64,000 nucleotides of DNA, from the NCBI GenBank assembly GCA_036172245.1, contig JAYWIR010000021.1, positions 1,488,001 to 1,552,000 on the forward strand. Reading direction: 5' to 3'. The position numbers were made by a program, and so were the translations under genes. Shown here piece by piece: positions 32,401 through 46,180 of this stretch. The stretch is from Raillietiella orientalis. Its lineage: Eukaryota. Within the stretch, counting starts at the first letter, position 1, and each line of letters begins with the position of its first letter. The notes under the pieces were generated by a model, which was given only the letters and a program-made list of their open reading frames with translations, was not told where the DNA came from and did no database searches.

Positions 32401-35400
32401 AGGCCATAGCCGTTAACCTAGAGGTCCTTAGCGGTACGATCTCTGTCATGTGAGGGTGGCACTACCCCTAGACTAAACATGGGGAGCGTGCAGCCCGGGG
32501 GGTCCCTTTTGCAGTCCGCGAAAATTTTCTTTCAAATAGAAATTAACTTCTTCAATGCAGGACCCAATGATATAGATGTACAACCTCTTAATGTGCCCAA
32601 GATAGCTAACCTAGTAGCTAAAGAGACGAAATTAAAGGGCACTCCTATAAAGTGGGGAAAAAAGTTAATAAATAAAAAAGTGGCTATTATAAATTTTAAG
32701 TTCAAGATATTGCCATTTGCTGCATTTAGAATCGTAAACCGCAGTTCATTTCTTAAACGGACAGCTAATCGCCCACTGCACATTCTTGGTACGGACGTGG
32801 GGTCCTCTGAGACACAAAAAGGTTCGCCATGGTTACTACAGACGAAACAAAAGTTGCCACAGAAACAAGAGCCAGTTTACGTGTCGTATATACCTCATTC
32901 TTCCAGTTCTTTTCCGACCCAGGCCTTAGGGAATCGTGAGTACTCAATCTTCCTGATATTTATTTATTCATTGGACTCCTCCCTCCTTCCACCCCCACTC
33001 CTCCCATTGTGAGATAAGTAAAGATTAACACAGGCCACGTCTGATTTGAAGCCAGACGAGACGTGGATTGTACCATTTTTTTATTTCTTTTCCTATGGAT
33101 AAAACCTCTGAGTACAAAACCGGAGTGAAAAGTCTTTGCGCATGTATACGAATCGAAACCGAAACTTCTTCCTCAAGGCTTCTGTTGGAGGCGGCAAACT
33201 TTCATCAGGAGGATCTTTGATGCAGAATGATTAACACGGAACTTTCCCGGAACAAGGAATACATACCGTTGGGCATGAGGCGCAGAGCTGCTGTGCTTAC
33301 GAGCGGCTTTCGATACCCTTAGGATCTGTCTGCTTGCCTGAAGTATCCGACGACAACAGCAAGCCCGTTCGCATCCTCGCTGGGAATTTATTTGCAATCG
33401 TCATCGACAAGGAAACCTCGAATAAACAGCACGAAGACGAAAAGGTCTTAATCCGTTTCCCCCCAGCTCCCTTCCTTCGTCCCCTTCAATCGAAAGAACC
33501 ACGTTTACGACAACGTATAAGAAAAGCCAATACCATCAGTTCCGAGTAAACACGTTGGGGATTCAAACCGCTAATTGGTTCTCGGGAATTCTTCCAATAG
33601 TACATTCGGATAACTTTGGTAATTCGAAGAAGGCAGAAAGAGTGGAGATGAATCACAGATTACAAGCAATCCAGAGAATTGAGAATTCGCAGGGAAAAGA
33701 AGGCAGCACTCCTGAAGGCAATTAGCGTTCTTCATGCAGATGCAGGATCATTGCAATGCATGAAAGACACTATACCTCCCTCGTAGGAAAACGATCTTTG
33801 CGTTTATGGAGAGGGATCTCTGTGCCAGGGGAGCCTCCTCGCTGCCGAATGTCCGCCATTCGGCACCGAGGTCGGATCACACTGTGAGTGCGTGCGTGCG
33901 TGCGTGAAGCCATTTGCATCCGCACTGAGATTCCGTGCAAGTTTCGCCACTTAACAGTTGGCGGCTTTTCTCTCAGCGGGCCCTCGCGGCTTGCTGCATC
34001 GCACGTGATAATCAGACTCGCAAGGGCCAAGACGTCTTTGAAGACTACCAGCAACTTCGCTAGCAAATGGCTTTCAACGGTCCTTAAAGCAAATCAGTAA
34101 CGCGTGATGGGACTACTAGACGCATTCATCCGATATGTACAGAGTGAGAAGCAAAAAAAGGAAAAGAGAAGCAAGAAAAGAAAACACTGACGCTGTTGCT
34201 GCGATTGGGTTATTTCTAGACAAATTTAAGCTTTGATCCGCTTTGTGCATCTCCTGGTTTCTCTATCGGAGTATCTCATATGAGTGGATCGTGGTGTGAA
34301 GCGTTCTCACGGAAACTCGAATTGCAACGTGAAAATTCCCCCTGCTGCAGCAGTGCAGAATGCATTGCAACCGATGGGGCTCTGTAGAAGGGCAGATCAT
34401 CCCATCTCTGACCTCCATACTTGGCCAAAGGTGGCACAGTTCAAAAACACACAGACAGGCAGACAGATAGACAAATACGTCCTCCTGTAGATCACAGAAA
34501 GTGCCGGGAGCACTCCAGACTCCGAGAAAAAGGGGTGGGAACCAGGTCGCAACACAGTAAGCTTTGGGCTTCGGACGTTTATTTGCACCTTTCGTAATGC
34601 CATCGAGATCAGCTATAGGAGACAAAGTACGATGTACAGGCGAATGCTGAAGAGAGTTTTCCCTCTTGACTGCGGGATTTGTAGATACTTCGAGGAAGGA
34701 CAAGGCTCATTATGTGCATGTGGAAAGGAGAGTTGGCTCTTCTTGTTGAGAGAAATACGTTCTAAGAAACGAAAGACCATCTCCATCGCAGGAATCCATT
34801 TAGTTTTCACGTGGATTACAATGAGGAATCGCGATCGGCTAGTGAGCGGGGACCGGAGGCACAGCCTTCCCTACCTTCCCTACCGAGTCTCATCACATTC
34901 AGCACCCACTTTCAGAATGACATATCCCGCACGGCTTTTTTATGAAGCAAATACCATCTTCCTTCTTCTTAGTGACACCCTGGAGGCTGAGTGGGTCTGA
35001 GAAACTGACCCCAGATAAATCCGGGAGCTGCCCCACACGCTGGTCTTTGCTGCTGCCTCCTCTCGGTCTTCATGTCTTCAGTCTTCACTCCCTCATCGAA
35101 CCAGTTGCAGCATCGGAATACCCAAACCCGCGGCGGCGGCCATGTGGCTGTGGTCGCCGCATGCGGTACCAAGCGTTGCAGGTTCGAATCCCCATGTGGT
35201 GGATCGACTCAGGTGGATCGACAGGAAATGGGTGCGTCGTTGGTTTCGAATTCTCCCTGAAAGATGATGCTGGTTCGCCTATATACGGGTGCAGCACTGG
35301 TGGAAGCTGAAAAACCAAATGTCCCCGATGAGTGGCCAGGATTGGGAGTCTATCCTCCGGGGTCCTTCCAGGAAGCGGAATCAAGGAGTCTAGTTCCCTC

Positions 35401-38400
35401 AGGGGTTCTCCTCCCGTTGTGCAAAGAGCCGTCCCCCCTTCCTCAGGGGAATTTTTCATCGAGTACCATGGAGCTGGTGGATTGATACTTCTCCAGAGTG
35501 TCAAAAAGTGCGATGCTCCCTTAGGGAGCGCCCCTTCAGAGAAAATTTGGAAGCGTCCCTTCGGGGTTCTCTTCAGAGAAGTGGAAGCGGTTCCCTTGCG
35601 GGTTTCCTCCGGAGAACAAATGGAGCGGTAAGTCTTTCTGGAGAGAATGAGGAAGAGAAGAGGTTCCTTTCGGGGTTCCCTTCAAAGACAACCAGGGTGG
35701 TGGGTTCCCTTCGGAGTTCCTTCCCAGGAGTGCGAGCAACGGACTCCTTTCTCCGAGACCCTTCCTGGATTCAAGGGATCGTCCCCACCTTGGGATACCT
35801 CCTAACTTGAAGGGTTACTGCGCGCACCCTCGGGTAGCGTGGAACAGTATTAAAGAGCTTCGTGATCCTGGTTCTTGAGTACTTAGCGAGCCAAAAAAAA
35901 AAAAGCTGGAGGGAAAACAGCGAAAACGAAAAAGAATCCAAAAGGATTTTCTTCATCCTGCTCATACAGCAATGGCATCAGGCTAGCGATGCCACAGAGT
36001 ACACGGAAAGATAGCGATGTATACAACATCACCATGTTCTAATAGCTGATTTGATTCACACCAGGGATCTCGTATGGAGAGTATCGAAAAGAAAATTTTT
36101 CATAGGCATCATTTGCTAAGAGAAGTGAGATCTTTCCATATGTGCATGTACTACATGTTAGTACTTCTCATGAGATCTATGCAAGGCGCATGTACACATG
36201 CAACTATGCTGCCTGCTCAGCTCATGTCCCTGAGGACGACGAATTCCAGGCAGCATGTGCCCCTCGGCTGTCTTTTTCGATCCGAGAGTCACCTCACAAT
36301 ACATGCCCAGTGATTCGCACGGGATGCGCCCTTTGTATCCGAGAGCATCGCACTCCAGCATCGTCGCTGAGGTTTCCTGGAAGAAGTCCAAGCAACGCGG
36401 GTCGCATCACTCGTAACGGAAAAGCTGTCGTCGCAGCGGCCCGGGAGATGAACGCCTGAACGAGCGCACGTTGTCCCTGGCTCCTTTCCGTGGATGTCCC
36501 CCTCCGCTCCCTGCTGAGACAGGGCAAGCCGCCTCCACCGTCACTGTGACGAGCAGGAACAGCGAAGGTGGGAGACATGGGGAGCAGCCAAGCGCGAAGA
36601 ATGCGACGACCGGAGCGTCGACGCTGATGGAGGCCCTGCTGCCACCACGGGCAAGGTGCCTGGAGCGATTCTCGGCTCCTTGTGATACTCCCTGCTCGTT
36701 TCCTCCCTCCCTCTTCCAGTCGCGCTTCTGTGCGCTCCCTTCCTTCCTCCTGCAACGTTCCGGATGGCAAACTCCGCTCGATAGTTTTCTGGAAGAGTCT
36801 GCAAGAAGGGAAGAGGCTGAAGTCTCGTGGAATGCTTTTTCCTCCTTCCTAGGGAATGGGAGGGCGGAAGGACCCCCTCCGAGGACGGCGGGCGTACAAT
36901 CCGGAAACAGCTGCAGCCTAGGGGCGAACTTCTGAGGAGTAGAGCGCATATGCTGCTCGGCAAATTCCTTAAGAATGAATCTTACCGGATGGGAATGCGG
37001 CGCCATGCCTCACATGTTCTCCACGGAAGCTTCACAGAGCCGAGGGTGCCGAAGACTGACTCAAAGCACCGCGGGAGCGTACTCCGAGCTTCACTTACGC
37101 CGAGGTCTTGGGTAACCTCCCCTCCCCCTTTCCTGTCTCCTCGTGATCGCTCGCACTGAGAGGAGAACGCTTCTCCATCTGAGGAGCTTGGGTTCTGGAT
37201 GCCTCCCGACTCTGGTCAGGAAGGAAGTGTGCAGAACAGGACTTCCAGGAGGATTACTGGGAAGCGCCCACAGCTCGCTGATCACTCGGTAGGAGCTGCC
37301 TGAGAGATCCCGGGCGCAGCAGCATCCGCCCATGGAGGAGTGCGACGGCAGGACGGCAGCAGCGAAGTCGTTCGGCAAAAAGGAGGAAGAGGAGCGAGCC
37401 GGGTGTTGCTGCCGCTACTACTGCGGCTGCTAGGACTCACAGAGAGGCAAGGCTATCCCCTGACAACCGGATGGAGGGACGCCGCGCACGCACGAGATGA
37501 CTTCCGGAAAGGGGTAACGGCGAGCAGTCGAGAAAGTGCTCAGGGGAACAGCAGGACCCCAGTAGCAGGATAGGAAACGTTTCGGATGGAGCTGACTTAT
37601 TGGACTGGTCGCAGAAGCTCCCATTCTTCTTGAGCTTGCGGGCGGCTGATTAGCTCCAGGATCCAAACAGTGGCCTGCTCTCTGCGGGCGGACGAGAGGA
37701 GTTCGGTGGGCGTGTCTTAAGAACCTCGCACCTTCCCCTCGGATACACGCACGCCACGTGCGCTTTCCCGAAAGGTGCGTCGGCAGGATCCTTCGAGCAT
37801 CTACCCGTCTCCCACAGAGAGAACGGGTCAGTCCACTCCCGGTTCCCACCGTGTCGACCCGAGTGAGGGTATAATGGGGCACCCTTCCCATCGTCACGCA
37901 GCCGCTGCTCCTCTTCCTCTTCATCTATTCCTCTTTCTGATCTTCCCACTCTCCTTCTCCTGGAATCCAGTCTCCCACCCCTCCAGCTCCCCCTCTCCTC
38001 TTGCTTGATTCTTTATGAGCGAACAGCGGAGGATTGGACCCACCGCAGGCCTCCAGGTGTTGTGGGAGGATGCGACAGTTGTCGGACTGTCCTCTGTCCT
38101 CGTTCAGCTGCAGTCAGACCTCTCTCATGCCTGTGCACCCCTACACGCATCCCATCGCGGTACCTTCGCTTTTTCCGCAGGACTGGGGCAATCCCACCGT
38201 GCAGGCCACAAATGGGGGATCCACGAGCAGTGTCCTTTCTAGAGGTTTCCTGAAGAGGAGGCTCTTTCAGGGGCAGACATAGCAGACGAACGATGCTCGG
38301 GATCCGGGGGCTGCCCTGCAACATTTCTCTGAAGTCGGAGGAGAAGGAAGAGGGGAGGAGGTTGGGCATTAGTACATGGAGGAGAAAGGTCACTGAGCTT

Positions 38401-41400
38401 CCTGAAAGACGTGCCTCCTCACCGCGCCCGCATGGCAACCGAGAAGAAAAAGCAGGGTCCGCTTGCCCCCTCATCCTCCCCTCCCCCCACCTCTCGGATG
38501 CATTTCCTGTCCGAGCGACCCACCGGCCTGCGCATGCCAGGCAGAGGTGGATCCCGCCCTAGGCGTGATTGAGATCACTGCCAGAGATGTTTCTTGCCAG
38601 GGGACTTCTGGAAACGCGGTCCTTCCGAGGAGGGAGCCGCCTCGATTTGCTTATTTCCTGACCGCGGTAGCGTGCCCGGGAACTTTTCTGCTGCCCGAGA
38701 CGGAGACCTCTGGCTGAGTCCATCCGCTCCTGCCGCGACCTCCCTTCCCCGCCCTCCTATCCTCGCAGGAGGCGCCGTGGAGCCCGTCCGGAGGTTCGGA
38801 AAGGCAGAGGAGTGTCGGTTACCGGCTGCGCTGCAGGCGAGAATGGGCGCCTCCTGTCTCGCCGCTTCGGGAGGGGCGCCGCTGTCCGCTCGTCGCCTGG
38901 CAACCAGTCTACCGGAGGAGGAGCGTCCGGAGAATCTTCCGGAGGGCGCGCTCCGGATCGGGGAGTAAGAGAAGGAACCGGGACGCTCCCTTCTTCCTTT
39001 TTTCCTCCTCCCCCTCCTTTTCTCCCCCTTTTCCCGATAGGAACGCGTCCAGCCGGAGAGGAAGGACACCGTCCTGCCGCCGTCCAGTGTGCCGCTGGTA
39101 ACGGGGGAATTCTTCTTGCGCTTGCGGTTTGGCAGGGAGTCAGGATTTCGCGGGAAGGAGGGAGCGGCGCTTCCCGTCATACGTTCGCGGGACTTCCGGG
39201 AGACGCTATCCCGGCGAACGCGCTCGCAGTGTTTTCTATCGAAGCAACTCCGCATTGTCAGGAGTGGCGGCGACCACCTCCCCGCGGTGCTTCCAGAGAC
39301 GGTGAGTGCGGGTGGTGTCGAGAGAGGATGGGGAAAGAGAAGGAAGGGGGGGGGGGGGGGAGGAAGGCGCGCGAACCTGGCAGGCGGCACGTAGATGCAT
39401 CTCGGGACACGCCTGCCGAAGTTCGTCCAGCGACGTATGCGGCCACGTCACACGAACGGTGTGATCCCGCCTGCCGCAGGGAGGGTCGGGAAAGAAAGGA
39501 AAGCGGGTCTCGCGCAAGGTTCCTCCAGAAGGGGGCAGGAGACGGGGAAACCGACTTCCTCGTAGGAACGGATAGGTTTGAGGACATTCACGTCCGTCGG
39601 TCGGAGTGCTCACGGGCCGTCGCTCTGCGTGAAGACTCGATCTCCTCCTCCTCCTCTTCGCGGGAAGAGGAGGAGGAGGAGTCCTCTGGTCCCCTCCCCG
39701 ATCCTCTCTGCCCTCATCGACGATGGATTCCCGACATACGGAGAATGGTGACCTTGAAGTCAACCCGATAAGGTCACAGTGCAAACGAACCGGAATCTAC
39801 ACAAAGGCTGGAGGCTGAGCGGGAAAAGTGAGAGGAAGCAGAAAGGCAACCATGGCGAAGTGAACACTCGCTGCCGCACTTTACCAGCAAACGTCAACCT
39901 CAGGTGCTGCAAGGCTGGAGGCGCGCCCGCCTGCACACAGCAACTCTCTCCACGTGCAGCGTTGCGCGCGCACCGCACGGATTCGAGAGGCACACACCGT
40001 CACCACCGCAAGAGTCCGCATTCGATCGCGCGCGCGCGTGTGGCCTGCATCTGGTGGCTCATCGGATCAGGTGGCGCCATCCCTGGGCCGGGCAACCTCC
40101 GGTGGATCTCGACCGTTCAGGTGGATCGCGGGTCAGGGTGGAACTCTGCAGCCGCGTCTCCGCTGTTCATCGCCTTCTGAGCTCGCAGACAGAACATGGC
40201 GCTCACATGGCGGAGCGGCGGCCATTACGCGTGACGCACTCCATTGTTGGGATGCGTCTCGGGCCTGCATCAACATGGCTGCGCAGTCAGCGGAAGCTTT
40301 CGCACGCCTTCATGCGCACCCTGCAGGCAGATAGCTCAAACTATAACCGAGGGAAGTGTTCACTCGTGTCACCACCCACCTCTGTTTTGCCCCTTTCCAC
40401 TTGTAGGTGAATGTTTTTCCTTTGTTTTTTTTTTTTTTTGTTTTTTTTTAAAACAAACGAACAAACTACAATCAGTGTGATGCAGTGCGAGAAAATCAGT
40501 AAGAACGTCAGCTGAGATGAGTGACCTAGGGATGACGGGGCAACTCTGAGCATCTTACGTGCGAGCCGTCCCTCGAAGGAAGAGGGGCAGGGGTGAAGGA
40601 AAGGCATTCTCATCGGGGGCAGCCGCCGAGGGGAGCGGTATGGGTTCCGGGAAAGGAGGTTGCGCAGCTCCCCTATCGCCGCCAACAAAAATAAAAAACA
40701 GCGTTTCCTTCCCTTCGTTTTCCAACAAAGTGGAGGTGTTGGCCCCCTGCCCCTCACCCCATCCCTCTCAAGCCAAAACGAGCTCGGGTGGTTGCTCGAA
40801 GGGCATTTCCTCTTTACTGCGTTCGAAGCCGTGCTTCTCTTACCTGCTGTGATGCGTGGGATGAAGATATTGGAATCTTGTCGCTCCTCCACCGTCACGG
40901 ATGCGTTCCGGGACAATGAGGGATTTCTTCCTCCTCCGTCATGCGGAGCGAGGGGCTGTTGGCGGGGAGACCCTGGACGAGCCCCAGTCGCGTGCCGGCT
41001 GCGGTCGTCTGCTGTTGGAAAGAGCTCGTAGCCTCCTCAGGAATGTCGGTCAAGATCTCGTGGGAACAGGCGGGAAGGAAACGCCTGGTCCCTTAAGTCC
41101 GACGGAGGATGCAACTTCTTGCGGGGGGATCAGTCCGACTGAGCGTAAGCAGCGCTCACCTGCTCCCGACGATCTGTTCCCACCTCCCTTCGCCCGTGTA
41201 GGGAACTCGGTGCCTCCGACATTCGTGATCACCAGCAAGGGAGAGGCCCGGAGACGTCACGGAAGAGGCGGGAGGGCAGCCGATGCAAGACCAGGGATGC
41301 AAGAGGCAGCCCATTTCTTCTGCGCCACTGGGGTCCCTCTGCGTTTTGTTCTCTCTCCCGCTTAGGAAGAGGGGATTTTCTTGGCGTTCCCGAAAAACCG

Positions 41401-42438
41401 GTCGCCTTTTACGGAGGCGAAGTTGATCTGCGAATCTTCGCAGCCGGAAGGCGATCTGCGTAACGATAGCAACGGCAGCTGATGAGGGAAACCAGGACTC
41501 GGCGGACCATTCCCGTCTGCCGCATTCCTGACGTTTCCCCATCCAATCCCCCTTTCGCAGCATGCCTTCCCCTCCCTTTTTTTTCTTCTTCTTTCCTTCT
41601 CTCTCTTTGTGCTTTTCTCTAAACGGCGCGAATCCATTTTACGAGAGATAAAAAATAGGAAAAAATCAGATTAGAAATTCCTGTGATTCCTCCCGTCGGT
41701 ACATTCCTCGCAGTCAAACGATCGCGTCCGAGAACTGCGACTTTATGGATCTCTTTCTCCGCTCTCTCCTCTCGCAGCGGCCATGACGATCGCTCGTGGC
41801 AGCCGACGGGAAAAAAAAAAAAAATAAAAAATAGATGAAAAAATCCCCAGCCGGAAGGGGAGAAAGCTGCGCGCCTGCTGGCGGCAGCAGGAGAGTGACC
41901 GGGCCTTCTCGGGAGGGATGCCTGCTGAAAGGCACAAGGAAGGGGAGGGGGACCGACTCTTCGGAGCGAAGGGCACCGTCGTCAGGTGGTGTCCCGAGCC
42001 CTTCCTCACCGCGTCGCCAACATCCGTGCTCCCGGGGGTGACCCGCGGCGCGATTCTCCTGGCGTCTTCCTGCGCACGGCCGGCCGGCCAACTTCCCCGG
42101 ACATGCCCGGGATTCGCGTCAAGGGGACGTCCGCCTCGGAGGGGCAAAGAGCTCGGACGATCGGTCTCTGCGCACTGCTCATCCCGCAGCGATCATCCGC
42201 GGGGCAGTATTTTCGAGTTCGAAAAGGACGAAGCGCGAGAGTTGAAGGGGACACCGCGCGCGTTCTTCGCGAGACCGCACTCCGAGCTGCCGCCTTCCCG
42301 ACGGTTGCGAACGCGCGGACTGCCATGACGAGCGCTTGCGACAGGCAGGAAGAGCACGTGACCTGTGTCACCTCCCCTCCATTCGTTTCACGGTGCAGTT
42401 CTGTTTGTCTGCTTCCGGCCGACTCTCCTCCTCCTCCT

Positions 42439-42471
<33 letters not shown>
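42439..42471 (+). repeat. (CAG)11 microsatellite preceded by (CCT)n
   Basis: Seen directly in the sequence. Confidence 0.9.
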
Positions 42472-42472
<1 letters not shown>

Positions 42473-44113
42473 GTGACCGGGCAGCGTGCGCCTTTCTCAT
42501 CTCTCCCGTGGCCCCAAAACACCATCCCTCCGTCCCCACTACGGTGCACGCATGCGGTCATCCTACCGTTGCAGTTTGCCGAACCGCGCGGACGATCGGC
42601 ACGCCCCCTCCCTCGAACCCGTCCCGTTCCCAGGCGCCGAAGTCCAGCGAACGGCGAGCAGGAAACGCAGCCCGACGTTGTTCTTTCCGGTCGTTCGTGA
42701 GTCCCCGGCGAGTCCCCTTTCCCTCCTCTCCCCGTCCCAGTTGCGGTTCTTCTCATCCGAAGGGCCTTGTCGTTGTCGATCTCGAGGGTGGTCTCGACTT
42801 GGATCCGTTGGACGTGTTTGCCTCCCGGATCCCTGCGCGCCTCCCGAAATCCCTGCTGGCAACAAGGCAAAGGCGAAACGATTCGTGCAGCTCGCTCGTT
42901 GTGTCCGTCCCCTCCTCCTCCCCCTGCTATCCGCGCGGCGGTTTCCTCATCCTCTTTCCATCGTTACGCAATCCAAAGTTTGAAATCGCAGCGGCGTCCC
43001 CGGCGACCGGGTAGCGGCAGTGCAGGCGGGGCGTTTGCTGCGTTATCGATCGCCCTGTTCCCGTTCCCTTACGAGGATGCCTTCTCCCCCCCCCCTCCCC
43101 TCTTCCTCCCTCGTTACCCGCTCGCGATCACCCCGGCCGATCTGACAGGGGGAGGCAGAGAGAGACGGTCGCCTCTTGACGAATGATGCTGCGTCCGCCG
43201 CTTCTCGATTTCGCGCCGGATGAGGCGATCCGTTGCGAGATCAGTTCGGGCGCTGAGGCCGCCGTCCAGTTGGTGCCTTTCCCTGCTGGTCTCCGCATGT
43301 CCGCGGCGGCGCGGTCCTTGCGAGACCCCCTCGGGGGAAGGGGGGAGGGAAGCACCTTCGCGACCCTAAGAAATGACCAAGTGCCGGCTGAGACCCTAGG
43401 GAGCGAGGAGGCACACTGTCCCGCGCGTTTGCAGAGACTGGTTCTGTCCCCTGGAGACTCCGTCGGAGCGCGACCGCTCCAGCCGGCCGGTGGCTCGCCA
43501 GAGGGGTGACCCGTTCTTACTCCTCCCCCTTCCTCAGCGAATGTGGCGCCTCCTTCCCGATCCCGGAAGGCGGACAATGAAGCGCTTTTTTCTGGAGCGT
43601 CCCCCTCCGCCCTTTCGTCTTCCTGCCCCCTTCTCACGGACGGACGCATCCCGATGGCAGGCGAAGAATCGCGTGAGGGAAAGAGGAGCTGTCGGCGAAG
43701 GGGAAGGAGAGGGGGCTGTTTTGTCCTGAACCCTTGGACCATCCTCCCTCTCCCTCTCTCGCCTCCCCGGCGACTCGACATTCGCTCGGGTGGACGATTA
43801 CCACCGCCCGACCGGCGGCTGCGTTTCCGGCCTCCTTCCGCGCGTATCTCGCTCCACTCCCCCTCCCTTCCGTTCCCTCGCGCTAGCCTCGTTCGCGCCG
43901 TCATCGGTCCCTCTGGAGGAGGCCGGTCTTGGCCATGTCGCCGCCGCTGCTTGCGGAGAGCAGCTGCAAGGGGGACAGAGCAGAGACTCATCTTCGTGCC
44001 TGCCGATCGCCCTGGCGGAGTTGAGGGTCCCCGGCTTATGCGCTCAAGCGCACCGGAAGGGGAGGAGCGCTCGGCGGTTTCAGCACTAACCGGCGGCTCT
44101 TGTGTTCCCCCAG

Positions 44114-46180
44114 GACGTCCTCCGTCGGAGGCGCCGCCCTCCTCGGGCGCGCGTGGCTCCGCCGTCGCGCCGGTGTGCCGCTCTGCTGCACGTGCTGCAG
44201 CTGGTGGCGCTGGCATGCCGGAGAGCGGAGGCGTGCCCGGAGCGGTGCTCCTGCAAGTGGAAGAACGGGAAAGAGACGGTGGAGTGTACCGGCGCCGGCA
44301 AGCGGGCGGTGCCGCACATGGGCTACTCCACGGTGCAGGTGCTGGACCTGCGGGAGAACCCGCTAGGGGCTCTGGCGGCACGGGAGTTCCTGCGCAACAA
44401 CCTGCCAGATCTGCAGAAGGCGTTCCTGTCGAGCTGCGGGATCCGCGCCATCCACCGGGAAGCGTTCTTCGGACTGACCAACCTGGTAGAGCTGGACCTG
44501 GGCGACAACCTGCTGGCGCACCTGCGCGGCGAGGTCTTCCTGCCGGTGCGCAGCCTCATGCGGCTGGTGCTGTCCGGGAACCCTGTCGTGACTCTGGAGA
44601 GCGGCACCTTCCGCCACCTGCGCGATTTGGTGGCGCTGCACCTGGACCGCTGCCCCATCTCCGCGATAGATCCCGGGGCTCTGAACGGCCCCGAAGGGTT
44701 GCGTCGCCTGAAGCTCAACGGCGCCAACATCTCCCGCGTGGACGCCACCAAGGTCTTCCCGGCGACCCTGCGCGACGTCGACCTGCACGATAACCCCTGG
44801 CAATGCGACTGCCACCTGCGCGACCTGCGCCGCTGGCACCGTTCCTCCAGCATCAACGGCAGCCAGGAGCCGGCCTGCGCCAGCCCGGGGCGCCTCCGCG
44901 GCCGTGGCATCTGGTCCATCCCGGAGGAGGAGCTCTCCTGCCGGCCCGAGGTCCGAGTGTCCCCCCCGCAGCCCCGCGTCGCCCCGGGCGACAACGTGAC
45001 CCTCCGCTGCGAGGTACGCGCCGTGCCCTCCGCGAGCGTGCGCTGGTTCGACGGCACCGCCGAGATCCGCCCGGCGGCGGCGGGCGGCGGCGAGGAAGAC
45101 CAGCAGCTGCTCCTCGTCCTCCCGGAGGAGCGAGGCGGAGCGAAGGAGGAAGGGGAGGAAGAGGAGGGGGAAGAGGGGGCGGGTCCTCCTGTCGCCAGGA
45201 GCGCCCTCCTCGTGGCGAATGTGTCTGCCGCCGGCGGCGTCTTCTCCTGCGTCGCCGAGAACCCCGCCGGGACGGCACGCGGGACCGTCAACGTCACAAC
45301 CGTCCTGGGCGCCGCCCTTCCCGGCCAGGGCGCCCACGGCGCCCACCGTCGCCAGCCGGGGGACGGCGTCTTCCCCGGGGAGTACGTCTTCGGAGTCCTC
45401 TCCGCCCTCATCGCCCTCGTCGTCCTCGTCCTTCTGGTCACCTTCTGCTTTCTGTTCCGGTGGCGCCGCGATGGCGCCTCCCCGAAGGATCGGACTCCTC
45501 CTCCGCGGACCCCCGTGCTTGTGCCTCCCCGCGGACAGGAGCTGCCCCCGCGCCGAGCGCCCCCGGAACGCCAGTCCGCAGGACGGCGGCCGGAAAGCGC
45601 CGGCCCGCCCCCCTCCCTCGAGCCCGACGTCATTCCCAAGGCGGCGCCGGACCGCCACGGGCTCCTCTCCCCTCCTCCCCCCCTCCCGGAGTGCTTCGCC
45701 ATCTCCCGCGGGCGCTTCCTCCTCCCCGCCCCGGAACGCGTCTGCGGGACGCTCCCCAGGACGCTCCGAGCGACCCGGCCACCCCCCCCGCCCGTCCAGA
45801 AGCGCCGCAGCGTGGCCGTCATGGAGGAGCTCCGGCATCTCCCCGCCGGAGGCGGTGGCGATCTGCTGCTGCTGCCGTGCGACCTCGTCCCGCACGCCTG
45901 CCGCTTCCGCGTGCCCGTCCGTAGCCACGCCTGCCAGACCGGTGCCCAGGGGGAAGAGGAGGAGGGAAAGGAGGAGCAAGGGGGGCGGGAAGAAGAGGGG
46001 GAGGAGGAAGAGGTGCCCCGGAGGGCCGCCCGCGTGGTGCGCTTCGACGACGAGGTGGTGCCAGAAGAGGCGCGCCGCGAACGCCTCCGAAAGGTGGCGC
46101 TCGCACGACCAGGGTGCGCAGGACCAGCGCGAGAACTCGCGCCTGCCTCCCCCGCCTGCCCCCATTCCCACCCCCAATAA
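44114..46180 (+). CDS. Kekkon-family LRR + Ig single-pass receptor (LIG superfamily), main coding exon; start codon on an upstream exon (possibly ATG 44038)
   Basis: Signal-like AALLHVLQLVALA, then LRRNT CPERCSCKWKNGKETVEC...VQVLDLRENPL (kekkon-type), ~7 LRRs, LRRCT LHDNPWQCDCHL..PACASPGRL, Ig domain GDNVTLRCEV..VRW..FSCVAENPAG, TM YVFGVLSALIALVVLVLLVTFCFLF-RWRR, and cytoplasmic PDVI and TLPR motifs. Branch point CACTAAC (44084-44090) and acceptor TTCCCCCAG ending at 44113. The exact paralog cannot be assigned by eye. Confidence 0.9.
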   Translation, partial: DVLRRRRRPPRARVAPPSRRCAALLHVLQLVALACRRAEACPERCSCKWKNGKETVECTGAGKRAVPHMGYSTVQVLDLRENPLGALAAREFLRNNLPDLQKAFLSSCGIRAIHREAFFGLTNLVELDLGDNLLAHLRGEVFLPVRSLMRLVLSGNPVVTLESGTFRHLRDLVALHLDRCPISAIDPGALNGPEGLRRLKLNGANISRVDATKVFPATLRDVDLHDNPWQCDCHLRDLRRWHRSSSINGSQEPACASPGRLRGRGIWSIPEEELSCRPEVRVSPPQPRVAPGDNVTLRCEVRAVPSASVRWFDGTAEIRPAAAGGGEEDQQLLLVLPEERGGAKEEGEEEEGEEGAGPPVARSALLVANVSAAGGVFSCVAENPAGTARGTVNVTTVLGAALPGQGAHGAHRRQPGDGVFPGEYVFGVLSALIALVVLVLLVTFCFLFRWRRDGASPKDRTPPPRTPVLVPPRGQELPPRRAPPERQSAGRRPESAGPPPSLEPDVIPKAAPDRHGLLSPPPPLPECFAISRGRFLLPAPERVCGTLPRTLRATRPPPPPVQKRRSVAVMEELRHLPAGGGGDLLLLPCDLVPHACRFRVPVRSHACQTGAQGEEEEGKEEQGGREEEGEEEEVPRRAARVVRFDDEVVPEEARRERLRKVALARPGCAGPARELAPASPACPHSHPQ

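Noticed and set aside
35130..35200. GGTTCGAATCC B-box with an upstream GC hairpin (tRNA or tRNA-Sec?)
   Set aside because: No acceptor stem or cloverleaf can be formed; at most a decayed SINE or chance match.
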